Assembly (NCBI GenBank): GCA_043784585.1
Contig: JAYVYF010000192.1
Location: 1-28,648 of the forward strand
Length of the DNA: 28,648 bases
Reading direction: 5' to 3'
Source: Burkholderiales bacterium
GTDB lineage: Bacteria > Pseudomonadota > Gammaproteobacteria > Burkholderiales > Usitatibacteraceae
The translations under genes and the position numbers were made by a program. Each line of letters begins with the position of its first letter. The stretch's first letter is position 1. Below are positions 24,179-28,648 of the stretch, piece after piece. The notes beneath the pieces were generated by a model. It had not been told where the DNA came from. It made no database searches and saw only the letters and a list, made by a program, of their open reading frames with translations.

Positions 24179-26422
24179 TCAACTTGCCGCCGCTGCACCG
24201 CGACTGCCATCTTCATTTGTGGCATTGACGACGCTCGCGGCACTGCCAATACTGTTAATCGGCAATACAATATCCACGCGGGCACCGTGTAGCGCGGCAT
24301 TGCTTATGCTGATGCGGCCGCGATGCTCTTCAATAATCTTTTTCACAATCGCCAAACCTAATCCCGTGCCCTTTGGCTTGGTGGTCACGTAAGGTTCAAA
24401 AATTCTCGTTTTGACATCTGTCTTGATGCCACTGCCATTGTCTTCCACCACCAGCTGGATCATTTCACCGACTATTTTTGTCTCGATTGTGATGCGCGGG
24501 GCAGCAATGTCGGTTAACGCATCCAGCGCGTTTTGAATAACGTTATGCAACACTTGTCTGAGCAGCGCAGGGTCGGCCATCATCAGCGGCAGGTCGGGTT
24601 CCAGTTGCTGGTCAATCTCCACGTTCATGGATTCGTAGAGTACAAGCACATCGCGCACCAGCTCGTTGAATCGTAATGGCAACGGTGTCAGACGCGAGCT
24701 GCGCGAATACAACGCGAAGTCATCGACCATGCTTTTGAGGGCACCGACTTGGGCGACGATGGTGCTGGTCGAGCGCGCCAGCATATCGCGATCAGCTGGC
24801 TCCAGCTTGGCTGCCAGCTTCATTTGCAGCCGTTCGGCGGAGAGCTGAATCGGTGTCAGTGGATTCTTGATTTCGTGGGCCAATCGTCGTGCTACCTCGC
24901 CCCACGCAGCATCGCGTTGCGCTTGAATCAGGCCAGTAATATCGTCAAATACAAACACAAAACCTGAATTGATGGTGGCGGGCAGTTTTGTCGCGCGAAC
25001 CAGCAACGTGCGCCGTCCGAGCGGCCCGTCAAAGATGACCTGGTGTTCCCACTGCTTGTCGCGACCCAGTTGCAGCTGGGCTTTGATCTCCGCAATGAGT
25101 GGGGCGAGTCTCGGCTGCATTTCTCCCCATTCAGGAAGCTTTAAGCCTTTAAGTGCCAACTGGTCGAATCCCAACATATCCTGCGCATTTTTGTTGATGG
25201 TTTTTGCGTACCAGCGCTCATCCAGCGTAATAACGCCTGAAGTAAGGTTGCCTAAAATAGATTCGAGATAAGTATTGGCGTTTTCGAGTTCCTGCTGTTT
25301 TCGTGCAACAACCTCCGAAGCTTCGCCCAATTGTCGGGTCATGGTGTTAAATGATTGCGTAAGCACGCCGAATTCATCACGGCTTTTAACCGGATTCAGT
25401 TTCGAAAAGTCACCTCTGGCGATAGCACGGGTAGATTCCGCCAATGCAGATAACGGTGCCGCCAGCCGCTCGGACAGCAGAAATGAAATCGCCAACGCCG
25501 AAAACAGCGTGAGCAGCATGGCCAGCGTTAGGGTCAGCGCGAATAAGCGTTTCAAGCCGTTTCGTTGTAGGCCCAAACGCGCGTAGTCGTTAAAGCCTGC
25601 TTCAACAGCCTGCGCATCTGCGGTCATCAATTTGGGTGCGGCTCGAACCACCTGAATGACCCGTCGCCGCTCAGTGCTGGGCAGCGGGGAAGCCCGAGAC
25701 AATACGTTGGGCACCGGGACGACCGCTCGCAACAGAAAGCCACGTTCTGCCACTGTTTCTATCGCTTGCACAGGAATGCCCAAATCAGCATCACGCAGTT
25801 CTTGCGGCGTCGGCTTGTCGGCAAAAAGTGCCGCGGGCACGGCTGATTTCTGTAGGTCTGAAGCGAGTCCGGTCGCCGACGCCGAGCCGAGCGGTGTGCC
25901 GTCAACCGTGAATAGCGCAATTTCATCGAAAGCAGCTGCGCTAAGCGCTCTTTTAAGGGTATCTGTGTAGTCAGCCTCACCCAGAGCGACTTTTGCCGCC
26001 GCTTCGTGGGCGGATCGCGCCACCTCTATCAGCGCACTTTCGAGCGCACCTTTACTCAGACTGAGTGCAGCATTCAATGCCTTGTCGACGGGCACATCGA
26101 ACCAGGAATCAATGGAGCGATTCAAGAATTGCACCGATATACCGTACACCAGTCCGCCCGGAATCATGGCCATCAATGCAAACACCGCCATCAGGCGCAG
26201 CGCCAGTTTTGAGCCAAAAACGCGGGCGCGAAGTTTGCGTACCAGTGAAAAAATTTGGTAGGCGATCAGGAACAATAATCCTGCCGTGAGGGCCACACCC
26301 AGGCCAAACAGCCAAGTGTAGTACTCGCCTAAAAATGTGTTGTTACTGCTCGCCCGGAACATCAGTGTGATGAGCATGACGCCGATTACCATGCAAACAA
26401 AAATAATGGCGCGTTGGATCAT
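24179..26422 (-). CDS. NtrY-like sensor histidine kinase (TM, HAMP, PAS, HisKA, HATPase)
   Basis: WGEVARRLAHEIKNPLTPIQLSAERL, LHNVIQNA, DNGSG, FEPYVTTKPKGTGLGL; start set at ATG 26422 (ATGA overlap with the DUF4390 gene). Confidence 0.92.
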   Translation of the reverse strand: MIQRAIIFVCMVIGVMLITLMFRASSNNTFLGEYYTWLFGLGVALTAGLLFLIAYQIFSLVRKLRARVFGSKLALRLMAVFALMAMIPGGLVYGISVQFLNRSIDSWFDVPVDKALNAALSLSKGALESALIEVARSAHEAAAKVALGEADYTDTLKRALSAAAFDEIALFTVDGTPLGSASATGLASDLQKSAVPAALFADKPTPQELRDADLGIPVQAIETVAERGFLLRAVVPVPNVLSRASPLPSTERRRVIQVVRAAPKLMTADAQAVEAGFNDYARLGLQRNGLKRLFALTLTLAMLLTLFSALAISFLLSERLAAPLSALAESTRAIARGDFSKLNPVKSRDEFGVLTQSFNTMTRQLGEASEVVARKQQELENANTYLESILGNLTSGVITLDERWYAKTINKNAQDMLGFDQLALKGLKLPEWGEMQPRLAPLIAEIKAQLQLGRDKQWEHQVIFDGPLGRRTLLVRATKLPATINSGFVFVFDDITGLIQAQRDAAWGEVARRLAHEIKNPLTPIQLSAERLQMKLAAKLEPADRDMLARSTSTIVAQVGALKSMVDDFALYSRSSRLTPLPLRFNELVRDVLVLYESMNVEIDQQLEPDLPLMMADPALLRQVLHNVIQNALDALTDIAAPRITIETKIVGEMIQLVVEDNGSGIKTDVKTRIFEPYVTTKPKGTGLGLAIVKKIIEEHRGRISISNAALHGARVDIVLPINSIGSAASVVNATNEDGSRGAAAAS

Positions 26423-27012
26423 TTGTTTTCCCCGGTTACCGTCCAGCGGTACCAATCTGATGACAGATTCCAGTCCTTCGAGGCAAGAATATCGAGCTGA
26501 AATGGTTTCGGCAGCTGTGCGTTGTCCAGCCTGAAACGAACCGCGGCATCATATTTTTCGCCGGGTTTCAAACGCCCTTTCTGCAACACTGTCCAGGAAC
26601 GTACCCGCGACAGCAGGCGCTGCACATCTTCAATCGTCGCCACAGTTTGTGAAACGCCCGACACCGCAATCCGGTACTGGTCGGTCAGGGGTGCATAGCT
26701 CACCCGACGATCGCGCGAAGCTTTGACCACCCCCTGATCAAACCAATACCAGCGCCCCTTGCTGAGCTCAAACTCAACGACAAAATAGAGCGGCACACCT
26801 TTGCGCACCGCTTCCAACATGGAGCTGCTAAGCTGAAAATCAATATCGGCACTGAGCTGATAGCCGTCGTCGGTGGCTTCCAGTTTGGCGTCGCGAATAG
26901 TGGTGTCATCTGCTGCAAATGCCGCACCGCAAAATAGTATGAATAGCCCCATGCAGGCCAGCGTCCACCATCTCGCCGCCGGCGCGACGCGCGGGTTTGC
27001 CAACGTCAGCAT
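26419..27012 (-). CDS. DUF4390-domain protein
   Basis: Signal peptide; LSADIDF.L, AVRKGVPLYF, WYWFD, QLPKPFQ; conserved position between rsmB and the kinase. Confidence 0.88.
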   Translation of the reverse strand: MLTLANPRVAPAARWWTLACMGLFILFCGAAFAADDTTIRDAKLEATDDGYQLSADIDFQLSSSMLEAVRKGVPLYFVVEFELSKGRWYWFDQGVVKASRDRRVSYAPLTDQYRIAVSGVSQTVATIEDVQRLLSRVRSWTVLQKGRLKPGEKYDAAVRFRLDNAQLPKPFQLDILASKDWNLSSDWYRWTVTGENK

Positions 27013-27045
27013 AAATGCATGGCGAATAAGATGCCTAGCGGGCAG

Positions 27046-28428
27046 CTAAGCAGATTTCTGCGTGGCTTTGGTGCTGGTAGGCGCGGCTTCTTTTTGAAAT
27101 AAGGCGTAATAAAAACCGTCGTGATGTGAGTTGGGGAGAAGTTGGCCGTTTTCGGTGGAGGGCGTGGCGTCATCATCTGCCGCTACAATTTTTACATTGT
27201 TTTGCATAGCGGCGGCGGCAAAAACATTAAGTAGTGTAGCGATATCGATTGCCTTCGCATCCGGTGTGGCGCTCAGAAACTGTGTCGCAATATCCTGATT
27301 TTCGGCACGAAAAACGGAGCAAGTCACGTACAACAATCTACCACCAACGTTAAGGCAATTCCAGAGCGAAGCCAACAAGCGCGCCTGTTGCCGTGCGAAG
27401 CTGCCCAAATCGGTCTCGCGGCGCAGCCACTTGATGTCTGGATGACGACGAGTCACACCAGAGCCGGAGCAGGGCACATCCACTAAAATTCGGTCAAATG
27501 GTTTTTGGTCCCACCAAGTGTCAATTTCAGCAGCGTTCGCGTTTTTGAGCGTCGCCTTAAATTTCAGCCGATCCAGATTCTCTTGGACTCGCTTCAGTCG
27601 CTGTTTGTCGCTGTCGATGGCGGTCAAATCTACATTCGCTAGCTCCAAAATATGCCCTGCTTTGCCACCCGGTGCGGCACACGCATCCAGCACACGCATG
27701 CCATCTTTTGCCCCCAATAGATTTGCTGCGTGCTGCGCGCCTTCATCCTGCACCGAAACAAACCCGTCTCTAAAGCCCGGCAGGTCATGCACCGAAACCG
27801 GCTTTACAAGCTCGATCGCCATCCCGCCACGTGCTTCTGCAGACATGCCCACCGTGGCCAGCTTGGCCAAATATTGGGCAACGGTGCCGCGCCTGGTGTT
27901 GACCCGCAAGCCCATGGGTGGATGTTCGGCTGCCGATAGCAGCACATCGTCCCAACTGTTAGGTAATTCACGTTTAAGCCGTTCGCTCCACCAACGCGGG
28001 AAATCATAGTGCGCTAAATCAGTTTTGAATCGCTCGCGTTTGAATTTATCAGGTGTGCGCAAATAGTTACGCAACACCGCATTGACCAGCGGTTTGGCAC
28101 GCGGGAACCCGAGCGCCTCGGTGGCGGTGACCGCGTGGTCAACAATAGCGTGGTCGCTTGCCTTGGAGAACTGAAGTTGAGCCAAAGCCACTAATAACAA
28201 ATGGCGTACCGGGGCATCATTGATGGGCGTCGACAGCAGCAATTCCAGTTGAGAAGAAATGAGACCGTAGTGACGCAGCGTATCAAATGAAATTGAATGG
28301 ACCGCGGAACGCTCGTTCGGTGTGAGCGGCTTCTTGGGTGTGCTGATCGTGTCGAGCACGCGGTCCAGATTTTTACCGCCGAGTACAAGCCCGACCACTT
28401 CTGCGCTGGCTACTTGAATTGGAATCAC
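27046..28428 (-). CDS. rsmB: 16S rRNA (cytosine967-C5)-methyltransferase
   Basis: NusB-like N-terminal domain; VQDEGAQ, LDACAAPGGK, DVPCSGSG..RRHPDIKW, YVTCS. Confidence 0.95.
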   Translation of the reverse strand: MIPIQVASAEVVGLVLGGKNLDRVLDTISTPKKPLTPNERSAVHSISFDTLRHYGLISSQLELLLSTPINDAPVRHLLLVALAQLQFSKASDHAIVDHAVTATEALGFPRAKPLVNAVLRNYLRTPDKFKRERFKTDLAHYDFPRWWSERLKRELPNSWDDVLLSAAEHPPMGLRVNTRRGTVAQYLAKLATVGMSAEARGGMAIELVKPVSVHDLPGFRDGFVSVQDEGAQHAANLLGAKDGMRVLDACAAPGGKAGHILELANVDLTAIDSDKQRLKRVQENLDRLKFKATLKNANAAEIDTWWDQKPFDRILVDVPCSGSGVTRRHPDIKWLRRETDLGSFARQQARLLASLWNCLNVGGRLLYVTCSVFRAENQDIATQFLSATPDAKAIDIATLLNVFAAAAMQNNVKIVAADDDATPSTENGQLLPNSHHDGFYYALFQKEAAPTSTKATQKSA

Positions 28429-28648
28429 GTGAAAATGTCTCCGACTTTGGGGTGAATGTGGGTAGCTGCCGCGCTGCGGAGGCCGTGCAAATAGTCCGCG
28501 ATGGCGAGTCGTTTGCCGCCGGGTTTTTGCACTGTTTGGATTGAAAGAAGATGATCGCCGCAGCTCACGTGAAGTGATTGCGAATTGATCACGACGATCG
28601 TTCCTGGCGCCGCCTTCGAGATTTCTGGGATGACTGTCGCACGCCAGA
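28425..28648 (-). CDS. fmt: methionyl-tRNA formyltransferase, C-terminal part (runs off the window)
   Basis: Manual translation WRATV..APGTIV..LHVSCGDHLLSIQTVQKPGGKRLAIADYL..G; stop overlaps the rsmB GTG; fmt-rsmB synteny. Confidence 0.85.
   Translation of the reverse strand, partial: WRATVIPEISKAAPGTIVVINSQSLHVSCGDHLLSIQTVQKPGGKRLAIADYLHGLRSAAATHIHPKVGDIFT

Noticed and set aside
139-28388. Numerous 60-165 aa antisense or alternate-frame ORFs in the track (e.g. 5812..6294, 12892..13377, 16060..16449, 23185..23631, 27518..28009)
   Set aside because: They overlap well-supported genes, have no recognisable motifs or SD, and are expected shadow ORFs at this GC content
28421-28576. Two TCACGTGAA cores resembling parS (about 28425 and 28565)
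   Set aside because: Flanks match TGTTTCACGTGAAACA poorly (at most 11 of 16) and both lie in coding sequence

Overview
Chromosomal window from a Betaproteobacterium, inferred from the gene order fmt-rsmB-DUF4390-NtrY-like kinase-NtrX-like regulator and from protein styles. Family calls come from motif recognition by eye; no database search was run. Housekeeping genes: apaH, cytochrome c5, transketolase, rsmB, partial fmt, and a parB that has no neighbouring parA. Four accessory blocks stand out. (1) ~2.7-4.6 kb is a decaying zone: a DUF885 remnant, two adjacent genes each broken by an in-frame TAG at an expected Trp, and one intact Cys-rich mini-protein. (2) 6.9-10.2 kb is a five-gene operon: AdoMet decarboxylase, aminopropyltransferase, a minimal YgiB-like lipoprotein ending in Gly, an amidase-less glutathionylspermidine-synthase-like ligase, and DUF350. 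It is a candidate self-contained polyamine-conjugation system. (3) 10.2-16.5 kb is a CoA-transferase / HMG-CoA-lyase-family / NitT-TauT ABC catabolic operon, interrupted by a decayed AbrB-PIN toxin-antitoxin pair and a DUF805 gene. (4) 16.8-21.7 kb encodes DUF4331, a TPR protein, a HupE/UreJ-like protein and an outer-membrane beta-barrel. All four are predicted to be exported, two have predicted metal-binding mature N-termini, and a possible ECF-sigma promoter lies upstream, making this a candidate envelope-spanning metal-handling system. No rRNA, tRNA, CRISPR array or IS element was recognised.
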